A DNA stretch of 64,000 bases, taken from contig JBKBRF010000006.1 of assembly GCA_046292385.1 (NCBI GenBank), positions 11,224-75,223 on the forward strand, read 5' to 3'. The DNA comes from Armatimonadota bacterium. GTDB taxonomy: Bacteria > Armatimonadota > SYMT01. Shown here in pieces: positions 49,730 through 58,089 of the stretch. Below the pieces are notes generated by a model that saw only the letters and a list, made by a program, of their open reading frames with translations, made no database searches and had not been told where the DNA came from. A program made the translations under genes and the position numbers. Numbering within the stretch: the first letter of the stretch is position 1; the number at the start of each line of letters is the position of its first letter.

Positions 49730-50033
49730 CAGACCCGCCGGTCCGAAAGGCCGGCGTTACTTCATCCGTACCCCTCTGGGAAGCTTTCGCGGGAGGTAAA
49801 GCGGCTGGTTGGCACCCCGTGGCGGCCTACCCCCCCCCCAACTCTCCCCCGTGCGGGGGACAAGCCTTCCCTGAAGTGGAAGGGGGAGTAGCAGCATCAT
49901 ATCCATAGCTCCCCTCTCCTCTCAGCAGAGGGGCTGAGGGTGAGGCCGCGACAGACGGACGCCCCTCTCGCCGCGGGTACCGCCTAACGCTGCCGAACGA
50001 GGGGCTCCGCTTGGCGCACCCACTCCGCACAGA

Positions 50034-50065
50034 CCTACACGCTACACCCTAACCGCTGCACCCTG
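50034..50065. repeat. Degenerate heptamer tandem repeat
   Basis: cctacac gctacac cctaacc gctgcac cctg, just downstream of the yajQ stop. Confidence 0.5.
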
Positions 50066-50076
50066 TCCGCGACCCG

Positions 50077-50565
50077 TTAACGATAGTTGATGAACTGCAG
50101 GTCGACCGGCAGATCCGCCCCGCGGAGGAGCTGGATCACCGCCTGAAGGTCGTCCTTGTTCTTGCCGGAGACGCGGACCTGGTCGCCCTGGATCTGCGTG
50201 GTGACCTTCTTGCCGCTATCCTTGATCAGCTTGGCCACCTTCCGGGCGGTATCCGAATCGAGGCCCTGCTTCAGCTTCACGTCCTGGCGGACGGTGCCCT
50301 TGGTGGCGGGCTCGAGCTTGCCGTACTCCAGCGACTTGAGCGAGATGCCGCGCTTCACCATCTTGCCCTGGAGCACGTCCTTCAGCGCGTTCAGGCGGTA
50401 CTCGTCGTCCGAGTGGAGCTTCAGCGTCTCGCCTTCCAGCTCCAGGCTGGAGACGGAGTTCTTGAAGTCGTAACGGTTCTCGATCTCCCGCTCCGTCTGC
50501 TGGATCGCGTTCTTCAGCTCCTGCATGTCGATCTTCGAGACGACATCGAATGAGTAGTCGGCCAT
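50077..50565 (-). CDS. yajQ: YajQ family nucleotide/c-di-GMP-binding protein
   Basis: SFDVVSKIDMQE, RYDFK, QIQGDQVRVSGKNKDDLQ, LQFINYR. Confidence 0.95.
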   Translation of the reverse strand: MADYSFDVVSKIDMQELKNAIQQTEREIENRYDFKNSVSSLELEGETLKLHSDDEYRLNALKDVLQGKMVKRGISLKSLEYGKLEPATKGTVRQDVKLKQGLDSDTARKVAKLIKDSGKKVTTQIQGDQVRVSGKNKDDLQAVIQLLRGADLPVDLQFINYR

Positions 50566-50670
50566 CGCTCTCCTCCCTCGCAGCGGGACAGGCTGCCGGT
50601 CCTACCCCGGCGCGGTGTTACCATACCACTCGCCCGCGCGCCTGTCAGGCAGTGCGAAACCGCCCGACGC

Positions 50671-50874
50671 GTGTAAGAAAAGGAGATAAGGGGATGGAGG
50701 GGGATGGGGGGATGGAATAACCCCCTGCTCACGCGCCGTGGGGTTACCGCGGCCCCGAATTGATAAGACTACCCGGCGCCGCGCGCTCCGGGGGCTCAGC
50801 ATAAACCGCTTGCCTCCACCTGGATCAAGATATCCCCTTATCCCCCTTCATCCCCGCTATCTCCTTTCTTACAC
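50671..50874. mobile_element. MITE-like 204-bp element with ~45-bp imperfect terminal inverted repeats
   Basis: Left GTGTAAGAAAAGGAGATAAGGGGATGGAGGGGGAT; right end reverse-complements to GTGTAAGAAAGGAGATAGCGGGGATGAAGGGGGAT. No clear target-site duplication. Confidence 0.55.
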
Positions 50875-50884
50875 TTCCGAAACC

Positions 50885-51943
50885 ATGCGTTACATCCACC
50901 GGATCTACACCGCCGACCTGGGCCGCCGCCGCGAGAACGCGGAGATGCTGCCGCTCTTTGAGGACTGCATCGCCGAGCTGCCGGTGGAGGACGAAGAGCG
51001 GACGCGGCTTCGCGATTTCGTCCGGTTTCAACTGGTGGGGGAGCGGTCGCGCCGGAGCGTGGTGGAGGACTGGAAAGAACTGGACAGCTTCCAGCGCCGC
51101 GCCGGCGCCTTCGAGACGGGCGCGGCGGAGGCGCTCGACCGGCTGTGTGAGGAGATCGTCGCCGACGCCCGCGCCGCCGGAGTGGTGTTCGACGCCGTGA
51201 TCACCACCACCGCCACCGGCAACCTGATGCCGGGGCTTAGCTACCGCGCGGCGCACCGGCTGGGCGACCGCGTCCGGCGCGACACGCTGATGTTCGACCT
51301 GGCGAACGTGGGATGCACCGGCAGCAGCAAGGCGCTGGCGCTGGTCCGCTCCCTCGCGGCGGAAGTGCGGCACGTGCTGCTGCTGGCGGTGGAGGTGCCG
51401 AGCACGCTTGCCGACCTGCGCTCCACCGATCCGGGCGCCTGGCAGGGGAACTGCACCTTCGGGGACGGAGCGGCCGCGCTCTGGATCTCCGGCGACTCGG
51501 AGCTCGGGCCGGAGGCGCTGGCGCTGGAGGACCTGCGGTATACGCAGCGCTCCGACACGGGGCTCGACCTCATCCGGTGGGCCTACCGGGACTACTACAC
51601 CTTCGCGCTGGCGGACGAGAAGACGTTCGACCGTGACGTGCGGGAGTTCGTGGCTGAGACCCTCTCCGAAGCCGAAGCAGACTGGAAAGACGAGCCACGG
51701 TGGGCGATCCACCCCGCGGGGATCCTGCTCCTGATGCGGCTCTCGCGCAAGCTCGGGATTCCCCAGGAAGCGATCAAGCCTTCCGTGGCCCACTACCGGG
51801 AGCACAGCAACATGAGCAGCGCTAGCGTGCTCCACGTGCTGAAGCAAGTAGCGGCGGAGACGCCGCCCGGCTCCGCAATCAACCTGCTGACGATGGGGGC
51901 CGGTTTCAACGTAGTGTATGGAAGAGTGCGGCGAGTCCGCTAG
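50885..51943 (+). CDS. Type III polyketide synthase-like (chalcone synthase fold) ketosynthase
   Basis: Cys-His-Asn triad: NVGCTG, WAIHPAG, SNMSSAS; also FGDGAAA. Start at ATG 50885. Confidence 0.82.
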   Translation: MRYIHRIYTADLGRRRENAEMLPLFEDCIAELPVEDEERTRLRDFVRFQLVGERSRRSVVEDWKELDSFQRRAGAFETGAAEALDRLCEEIVADARAAGVVFDAVITTTATGNLMPGLSYRAAHRLGDRVRRDTLMFDLANVGCTGSSKALALVRSLAAEVRHVLLLAVEVPSTLADLRSTDPGAWQGNCTFGDGAAALWISGDSELGPEALALEDLRYTQRSDTGLDLIRWAYRDYYTFALADEKTFDRDVREFVAETLSEAEADWKDEPRWAIHPAGILLLMRLSRKLGIPQEAIKPSVAHYREHSNMSSASVLHVLKQVAAETPPGSAINLLTMGAGFNVVYGRVRRVR

Positions 51944-51956
51944 GGAGGCTAGGGCA

Positions 51957-52202
51957 TTGGGTCGAGAGCGCGTCCTGGAGATCATGAACGGCTATTTCGC
52001 GGAGAAGCAGCCTCCGCAGGTGCTCGCCACGCTGGAGCAGCAGTCGCCGAAGGAGCTGCTGAAGGAGAGCCTGGACGTGGTCGACTTCCTGCTCTACCTG
52101 GAGGAGGAGACCGGGTGCGAGATCGACGTCAACGCGCTGGGCGAGACGATCGTGAATCGCAACTTCGGCGAGCTTGCGGACGAGCTGGCGCGGCGGCTCT
52201 AG
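51957..52202 (+). CDS. Acyl carrier protein-like
   Basis: Acidic 81-aa protein, KESLDVVDFLLYLEE (DSL-like Ser followed by helix II); GGAGG SD before TTG 51957. Confidence 0.7.
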   Translation: MGRERVLEIMNGYFAEKQPPQVLATLEQQSPKELLKESLDVVDFLLYLEEETGCEIDVNALGETIVNRNFGELADELARRL

Positions 52203-52397
52203 GCTGGAAAGGCGCAACGATTCGGGCCGGCCGGGGTCCTATGAGTCTGGCGTAGAGCACGCATTTCAGGGAAACTCAACCCACCCCGCCTGAGGGAGAC
52301 CTCGCCAAAGCGGTTATCATAGAGTACGGGGCTCGTCTGCCCGGCGGCCGCCCGCTGTCCGCCCGCACGGCTCCGTCCGCAAGAGGTTCTGAAGCAG

Positions 52398-53840
52398 ATG
52401 ATCAGCATCAAAGGCAATAAAGCACGGCTGTGTGATGGCATTACCCGCCGCGATTTTGTGCGCCTGGGGGCCATCGGCACCATGGGTCTCTCACTGCCCG
52501 CGCTGCTCCAGGCAGAGGCCGCCGCCAAGGAAGCGGCCCGCGCGGCGGGGAAGAGCTCGCCGCGTGAGAAGAACGTGATCCTCTTCTTCCTGATGGGCGG
52601 GCAGTCCCAGCTCGACATGTGGGACATGAAGCCGAACGCGCCGGAGATGGTCCGCGGCGAGTTCAAGCCGATCAACACCAGCGTGGACGGGATCCAGATC
52701 TGCGAGCACATGCCGGAGCTCGCCAAGCGAGCCCACAAGTTCACCATCATCCGGTCGATGACCCATCACGTGAAGAACCACGCCCCGGCGGGGTACTTCG
52801 CTCTGACGGGCCACGTGCCGAAGCGGGACGTCAATAACTTCGGGCTCAACTTCGACGACTACCCGGCGGTCGGCTCCGTGCTCTCCCTGATGAAGCCGAG
52901 CACCCGGCCGGTGCCGTCGTACGTGCAGCTCTCGCCCTCGCTGGTGGGGGATACCGGCATCCAGATGCCGGGCTTCCACGCCGGCGTGCTGAGCGCCAAG
53001 TACGACCCGCTGAAGGTGACGAACGACCCGAACGACCCCAGCTTCCAGGTGGAGGAGCTCTCCCTTCCGAACGGTGTGACCGACGACCGCTTCAAGGCGC
53101 GCCGGTCTCTGCTGCAGATCGTCGAGGACGAGTTCCCGCTGCTGGAGCAGTCGCCCGCGCTGGGGCGGATGGACAGCTTCTACCAGCGCGCCTTCAACAT
53201 CGTCACCTCGCCGGAGGCGCGCAAGGCGTTCGACATCAACCAGGAGCCGCTGAAGCTGCGGGAGCGCTACGGCCGCAACATCTACGCCCAGCAGCTTCTG
53301 CTGGCGCGCCGGCTGGTGGAGTCGGGGGTGCGCCTGGTGACGATCGTCTGGGGCGGCCCGATCAACGCGCCGCTCGACTACTGGGACACGCACCAGGGCA
53401 ACTTCCCCAAGCAGAAGGACAAGCTGATCCCGGTGTTCGACCAGTGCTACAGCGCGCTGATCGACGACCTGGAAGACCGCGGCATGCTGGAGGACACGCT
53501 CGTCCTGGCGATGGGCGAGTTCGGCCGCACCCCGCGGGTGGGCCAGATCACCGCCAACGGCGGCACCGACAGCACCGGGCGCGATCACTGGCCGTTCTGC
53601 TACAGCATCACGCTCACCGGGGCCGGCATCCAGACCGGCCAGGTGATCGGCAAGAGCGACGAGACCACCTCCACCTACGAGGAGCGGCCGGTCACGCCGC
53701 AGGACATGATCGCGACCATCTACCACGCACTGGGAGTGGATCACCACGCGGAGATGCACGACCAGTTGAACCGCCCGCTGCCGATCGTGCGGGACGGCTC
53801 GCCCGTTTACGAGCTCTGGGGCAGCCAGCCGAAGGCGTAG
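52398..53840 (+). CDS. DUF1501 domain protein
   Basis: CDGITRRDFVRLG, GGQSQLDMWDMKP, WDTH, MGEFGRTP, GRDHW. Confidence 0.92.
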   Translation: MISIKGNKARLCDGITRRDFVRLGAIGTMGLSLPALLQAEAAAKEAARAAGKSSPREKNVILFFLMGGQSQLDMWDMKPNAPEMVRGEFKPINTSVDGIQICEHMPELAKRAHKFTIIRSMTHHVKNHAPAGYFALTGHVPKRDVNNFGLNFDDYPAVGSVLSLMKPSTRPVPSYVQLSPSLVGDTGIQMPGFHAGVLSAKYDPLKVTNDPNDPSFQVEELSLPNGVTDDRFKARRSLLQIVEDEFPLLEQSPALGRMDSFYQRAFNIVTSPEARKAFDINQEPLKLRERYGRNIYAQQLLLARRLVESGVRLVTIVWGGPINAPLDYWDTHQGNFPKQKDKLIPVFDQCYSALIDDLEDRGMLEDTLVLAMGEFGRTPRVGQITANGGTDSTGRDHWPFCYSITLTGAGIQTGQVIGKSDETTSTYEERPVTPQDMIATIYHALGVDHHAEMHDQLNRPLPIVRDGSPVYELWGSQPKA

Positions 53841-53859
53841 CGGGCTGCCTTACCGATCC

Positions 53860-53896
53860 GGAGACGTGCCCGCGTCCCCTTCCAGGGCACGTCTCC
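53860..53896 (+). terminator. Intergenic hairpin
   Basis: GGAGACGTGCCC...GGGCACGTCTCC 12-bp stem. Confidence 0.45.
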
Positions 53897-53955
53897 CGCG
53901 GCTCTCCCCGCGGCCGGGCGGGCTCCCGCCCTCGAGAAGTCAGGTCTTTAGCGTT

Positions 53956-56493
53956 ATGATCGATTACCTGCTCCGTACTCGTGGATTGCTCCTGGCAGCC
54001 GCCGCCCTGGCGCTGGGGGCCGCGGACACCGTCCAGGCGGCGCCTCGCAAGCCGGCGGCGCGCAAGCCCGCGGCCCGGAAGACCGCTGCCGCGAAACCGG
54101 CGCCGAAGCCGGCCGGTCCCCGGCTCCTGAAGGTGAGCGTCGCCCCGACCGAGCTCACGCTGGACGGGCCGCGCTCGGAGCAGGGCCTGGTGGTCACCGG
54201 CCACTACGCGGACGGCAGCGTGGCCGACGTGACCCGCGCCGCGAAGTTCCAGGTCGGCAACCCGCGCGCCGTGGCGGTCCGCCTGCACGAGAGCCGGCGG
54301 CTGGTCCGGCCGGTGGCGGACGGCAGCTCCAGGATCACGGTAACGGTTCCCGGCGCCGCTCCGGTCACGGTCTCCGCCAAAGTGCAGGAGACCGGCAAGC
54401 TCGCCCCCGTCTCCTTCAAGGACGAGGTGGTTCCCGCGCTCACCAAGCTCGGCTGCAGCATGGGCACGTGCCACGGCACCCCCACCGGCAAGGGCGGCTT
54501 CCGCCTGAGCCTGCAGGGTTACGCGCCGGAGCTCGACTACCACACCCTGGCCCGCGAGGGAGTGCGGCGCATCAACAAGGCCGACCCGGGCCGCAGCCTG
54601 CTCCTCCTGAAGCCGCTGGCGGAGGTCCCGCACGCGGGCGGCAAGCGGCTCTACAAGGAGTACCCGGAGTTCGACGTGCTGGTCCGCTGGATCGCGGAGG
54701 GCGCCCATGAAGATCCGGAGCAGGCGCCGGAGCTGGTGAAGCTGGAGATCCTGCCGGAGCCGCGGCAACTCCTGCTTCCGAAGGCGGCGAAGCAGCAGGT
54801 GGAGGTGCGCGCGCACTTCTCCGACGGCTCCGTCCGCGACGTGACGCGCCTGACGAAGCTCGACACCAGTAATCCGGACGCCGCCACGATCACCCGCGAA
54901 GGCCTGCTGGAGGGCGTGGAGCGCGGCGACATTGCGGTGCTGGCCCGCTACCAGCACATCCTCACCAGCTCCCGCGTCACCTTCCTGAAGAACGTCCCCG
55001 GCTTCAAGTGGAACGACCCGCAGCCGTTCAACTTCGTCGACCAGCACGTCTTCAACCGGCTGAAGCTGTTCCAGATCCCGACCAGCGACCTGGCGAGCGA
55101 CCAGGAGTTCGTGCGCCGCGTCTACCTCGACAGCATCGGCCTGCTGCCGACCTCCGACGAGGTGCGCGCCTTCATGGCCGACAAGTCGCCGGACAAGCGC
55201 GCGAAGCTGATCGATCACCTCACGGAGCGCCCCGAGTTCGCCGACTACTGGGCGGTGAAGTGGGCCGACGTGCTGCGGATCCAGGACGAGACGCTCCAGA
55301 GCACCGGCGCGAAGCTGTTCCACCAGTGGGTGCGCGACAGTATCGCCGCCAACAAGCCGATGGACCAGTTCGTCCGGGAGATCGTGACGGCGACCGGGCC
55401 GAGCTTCTCCGTCGGACCGGCCAACTTCTTCCGGATGTCGGAGAAGCCCGAAGACATCGCCGAGGCAACCTCCCAGCTCTTCCTCGGCGTCCGGATGTCG
55501 TGCGCCAAGTGCCACAACCACCCGTTCGAGCGCTGGACCCAGGACGAGTACTACCAGCTGGCCGCCTTCTTCGCGCAGGTGGACCGCGGCCGCGGCAAGG
55601 GTAAGGACGAGGCGGTCATCGAGCTCGATCCGGAAGGCGAGGTGGAGCACCTGCGCACCGGTAAGGTGATGCAGCCGAAGCTCCTCGGCGCCGCGGTGGT
55701 CGACCTGCCGAAGGACCAAGACCGGCGCGTCGCTCTGGCCCAGTGGATGACCGGTAAGGACAACCCGTTCTTCGCCAAGGCGATGGTGAACCGCGCCTGG
55801 GCGAACATCATGGGCCGCGGCATCGTGGAGCCGATCGACGACTTCCGCGACTCCAACCCGCCGGTGAACGGCCCGCTCCTCGACGCGCTCGCCAAGGACT
55901 TCGTCGCCAGCGGCTTCGACTTCCGCCACCTGGTGCGGACGATCATGAAGTCGCGGAGCTACCAGCTCACCGCGAAGACGGTGCCGCTGAACAAAGACGA
56001 CCACACCTACTTCTCGCACGCGGAGGCGCGCCTGCTGACCGCGGAGCAGCTCCTCGACGCGATCAGCCAGGTGACCGCCGTCCCTGAGAAGTTCGAAGGT
56101 TATCCCGCCGGCACCCGCGCCATGCAGCTTGCCGGCACCGCCGCGCGGACTCCGTTCCTGAGAACGTTCGGCCGGCCGGACCGCAACCTCACCTGTGAGT
56201 GCGAGCGGGAGAAAGACCCCACGCTCTTCCAGGCGCTGGCGCTGATCAACGGCCGGGGCATCCACGCCAGGCTCACCAGCAGCGACGGCAGGGTGGCGGC
56301 GCTCGCCGGCTCCGACAAGCCGACCGACGCCATCGTGGAGGAGATGTATCTCACCACGCTCTCCCGCGTGCCGACCGCAAAGGAGAAGCGGGAGTGGGCC
56401 TCCCACTTCGGCAGGGCCGGGGACCGGCGCCAGGCGGTGGAAGACCTCACCTGGGTGCTGATCAATTCCAAGGAGTTCCTGTTCCGGTACTAA
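53956..56493 (+). CDS. DUF1549/DUF1553 (PSD1-type) protein with Ig-like (Big_2) domains, secreted
   Basis: Signal peptide, GCSMGTCHG, FVRRVYLD, CAKCHNHPFE, LINSKEF. Start at ATG 53956. Confidence 0.92.
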   Translation: MIDYLLRTRGLLLAAAALALGAADTVQAAPRKPAARKPAARKTAAAKPAPKPAGPRLLKVSVAPTELTLDGPRSEQGLVVTGHYADGSVADVTRAAKFQVGNPRAVAVRLHESRRLVRPVADGSSRITVTVPGAAPVTVSAKVQETGKLAPVSFKDEVVPALTKLGCSMGTCHGTPTGKGGFRLSLQGYAPELDYHTLAREGVRRINKADPGRSLLLLKPLAEVPHAGGKRLYKEYPEFDVLVRWIAEGAHEDPEQAPELVKLEILPEPRQLLLPKAAKQQVEVRAHFSDGSVRDVTRLTKLDTSNPDAATITREGLLEGVERGDIAVLARYQHILTSSRVTFLKNVPGFKWNDPQPFNFVDQHVFNRLKLFQIPTSDLASDQEFVRRVYLDSIGLLPTSDEVRAFMADKSPDKRAKLIDHLTERPEFADYWAVKWADVLRIQDETLQSTGAKLFHQWVRDSIAANKPMDQFVREIVTATGPSFSVGPANFFRMSEKPEDIAEATSQLFLGVRMSCAKCHNHPFERWTQDEYYQLAAFFAQVDRGRGKGKDEAVIELDPEGEVEHLRTGKVMQPKLLGAAVVDLPKDQDRRVALAQWMTGKDNPFFAKAMVNRAWANIMGRGIVEPIDDFRDSNPPVNGPLLDALAKDFVASGFDFRHLVRTIMKSRSYQLTAKTVPLNKDDHTYFSHAEARLLTAEQLLDAISQVTAVPEKFEGYPAGTRAMQLAGTAARTPFLRTFGRPDRNLTCECEREKDPTLFQALALINGRGIHARLTSSDGRVAALAGSDKPTDAIVEEMYLTTLSRVPTAKEKREWASHFGRAGDRRQAVEDLTWVLINSKEFLFRY

Positions 56494-56556
56494 CCGGGAC
56501 GGGCACTCCTACTCCTCGTTCTCCTACTCCAACGGCCGACCGGCATGGCGCGGGCG

Positions 56557-56600
56557 GTGTAAGAAAGGAAATGAGGGGATGAATTGGGGATGTGGGGAAG
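56557..56600 (+). repeat. Solo copy of the 50671 terminal repeat
   Basis: GTGTAAGAAAGGAAATGAGGGGATGAATTGGGGATGTGGGG. Confidence 0.65.
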
Positions 56601-56697
56601 AGCCAGCCAGGTAGGCTGGCTCTTTTCTCGTCGCGCCAAGAAGAGCCCGAAGGGGGTACGGCCGTCTCCCGGAATGCGGCGCGTTACCCGCCAGGCC

Positions 56698-56755
56698 GCG
56701 AGGCACTGGAAGTACCTCGCTACTCGGCCTTCGGCCACGCGTCCGCCGGACGCCC
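56698..56755 (-). repeat. Partial copy D of the composite REP-like element (modules 3-4), inverted
   Basis: Reverse complement GGGCGTCCGGCGGACGCGTGGCCGAAGGCCGAGTAGCGAGGTACTTCCAGTGCCTCGC. Confidence 0.85.
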
Positions 56756-56851
56756 ACATTCGGATGCTCGGCTCGTCCTCACTCAACCTTCCACCCTGCC
56801 GGTTGGGGACAGGCAGATCAGAAGCAGCCGCCCTCCGCTACGGAGGTTCGA

Positions 56852-56880
56852 CTTTAGCCTTTAGCCTTCTGCCTTTAGCC
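56852..56880. repeat. Heptamer tandem repeat (TTTAGCC)n
   Basis: tttagcc tttagcc ttctgcc tttagcc abutting the stop codon at 56881. Confidence 0.75.
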
Positions 56881-58086
56881 TTAAGGTCGGTTCCAGTAGA
56901 TCTTCAGGTTGCGCGTGGCGCGGCCGGAGGCGACCAGGTCGATGCGTCCGTCGCCGTTCAGGTCGGCGGCGGTGAGGTCCTCGCACGCCATTCCGTCCTC
57001 GTCGATCGGCTTCTTCTCCCACGCCGTGCCGGCCGCGTCGGTGGGGACGTAAGCGGCCACGCCGACCTTTCCGGTGGCATCCTTGCCGCGCCATCCGATC
57101 AGCAGCTCGTCGCCGGGCTTGCCGTCGACGTCGGCGCACCAGACGCCGTGACCGTCCCGCAGCGTCGCGTCGAGCACGCGGCGGTCCCAGAGCGGTCCCG
57201 CGCCCTCGGTGTAGACGACCACCTCGTTGCCGTGCCATGGCTCGATCGTGGCGAGGTAGCGCTTCCCGTTGGGAAGCTTGCCGAGCTTGATCTCGCTGCT
57301 TCCCCGCGGCGCCCGCGGGGACTCGTGCCCGCTGCCGAGCTTCGTCCGGCCCCACTTGCCGTCCGGGCCGCGGTCCAGCAGGAAGACCCCCTCGAACCCG
57401 GCGATCAGGATCTCCTCGGCGCGGTCGCCGTCCCACTGCACCGGCCAGAGGTTGTGGGTGACGTGGAGCGTGTCGTCGGCGATCTCCCGAGTCCACGGGT
57501 CTGTGGCCGGGTTCGCGGGGGGACGATAGACGACCACCCGCACCCCCGCGCCTTCGAACTCCGGCGCCTGGTTGCCGCGGCCGTGCAGGGGCACCATCAC
57601 CAGCTCCTGCTTGCCGTCGCCGTCCACGTCGGCCCAGCGCATGCGGTGGACCGTCGGCTCCGGCTCCAGGTTCACCGGCTTCCAGGGCTGACGCGGGTCT
57701 TCCGGTCGCACCAGCCAGTGGACGCTGCCGCTTCCCACCGTGTCCGCTGGCTTCCAGAACGCGCCGAGCGCAAGCTCCGCGCGGCCGTCGCCGTCCAGGT
57801 CGGAGGCGGCGATGCAGACATTGTCTCGCGGCGTGGCGTCGCTCAGGATCGTGTGACGCTCCCAGGTCGGGTTCTGATACCAGCGGACCTGGTTCTCATT
57901 CACCGCGATGATGTCCGGCTTGCCGTCGGCGTTCATGTCGGCCACCGTTACCGCGTAGCCGATGCTAAGCTCTGGATCGATCGTCTGCGCCTCAAAACGG
58001 GGGAACGAGTCCTGGGCGGCGGTGAGGCTCGTGCCCACGCCGGCCAGCATCAGGGCGCCCAGGCTCCACTTGAAAGCGGTCCGCAT
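56881..58086 (-). CDS. FG-GAP/VCBS beta-propeller protein, secreted (aldos-2-ulose dehydratase propeller-like)
   Basis: Signal peptide; repeated D(M/L/V)(N/D)GDG motifs; His motifs VHRMRW, THNLW, EPWHGN, GHGV. Confidence 0.8.
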   Translation of the reverse strand: MRTAFKWSLGALMLAGVGTSLTAAQDSFPRFEAQTIDPELSIGYAVTVADMNADGKPDIIAVNENQVRWYQNPTWERHTILSDATPRDNVCIAASDLDGDGRAELALGAFWKPADTVGSGSVHWLVRPEDPRQPWKPVNLEPEPTVHRMRWADVDGDGKQELVMVPLHGRGNQAPEFEGAGVRVVVYRPPANPATDPWTREIADDTLHVTHNLWPVQWDGDRAEEILIAGFEGVFLLDRGPDGKWGRTKLGSGHESPRAPRGSSEIKLGKLPNGKRYLATIEPWHGNEVVVYTEGAGPLWDRRVLDATLRDGHGVWCADVDGKPGDELLIGWRGKDATGKVGVAAYVPTDAAGTAWEKKPIDEDGMACEDLTAADLNGDGRIDLVASGRATRNLKIYWNRP

Positions 58087-58089
58087 CAA

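Noticed and set aside
49642-50030. ORFs 49642-49908(+) and 49827-50030(-)
   Set aside because: They translate palindromic repeat DNA and show no coding signature.
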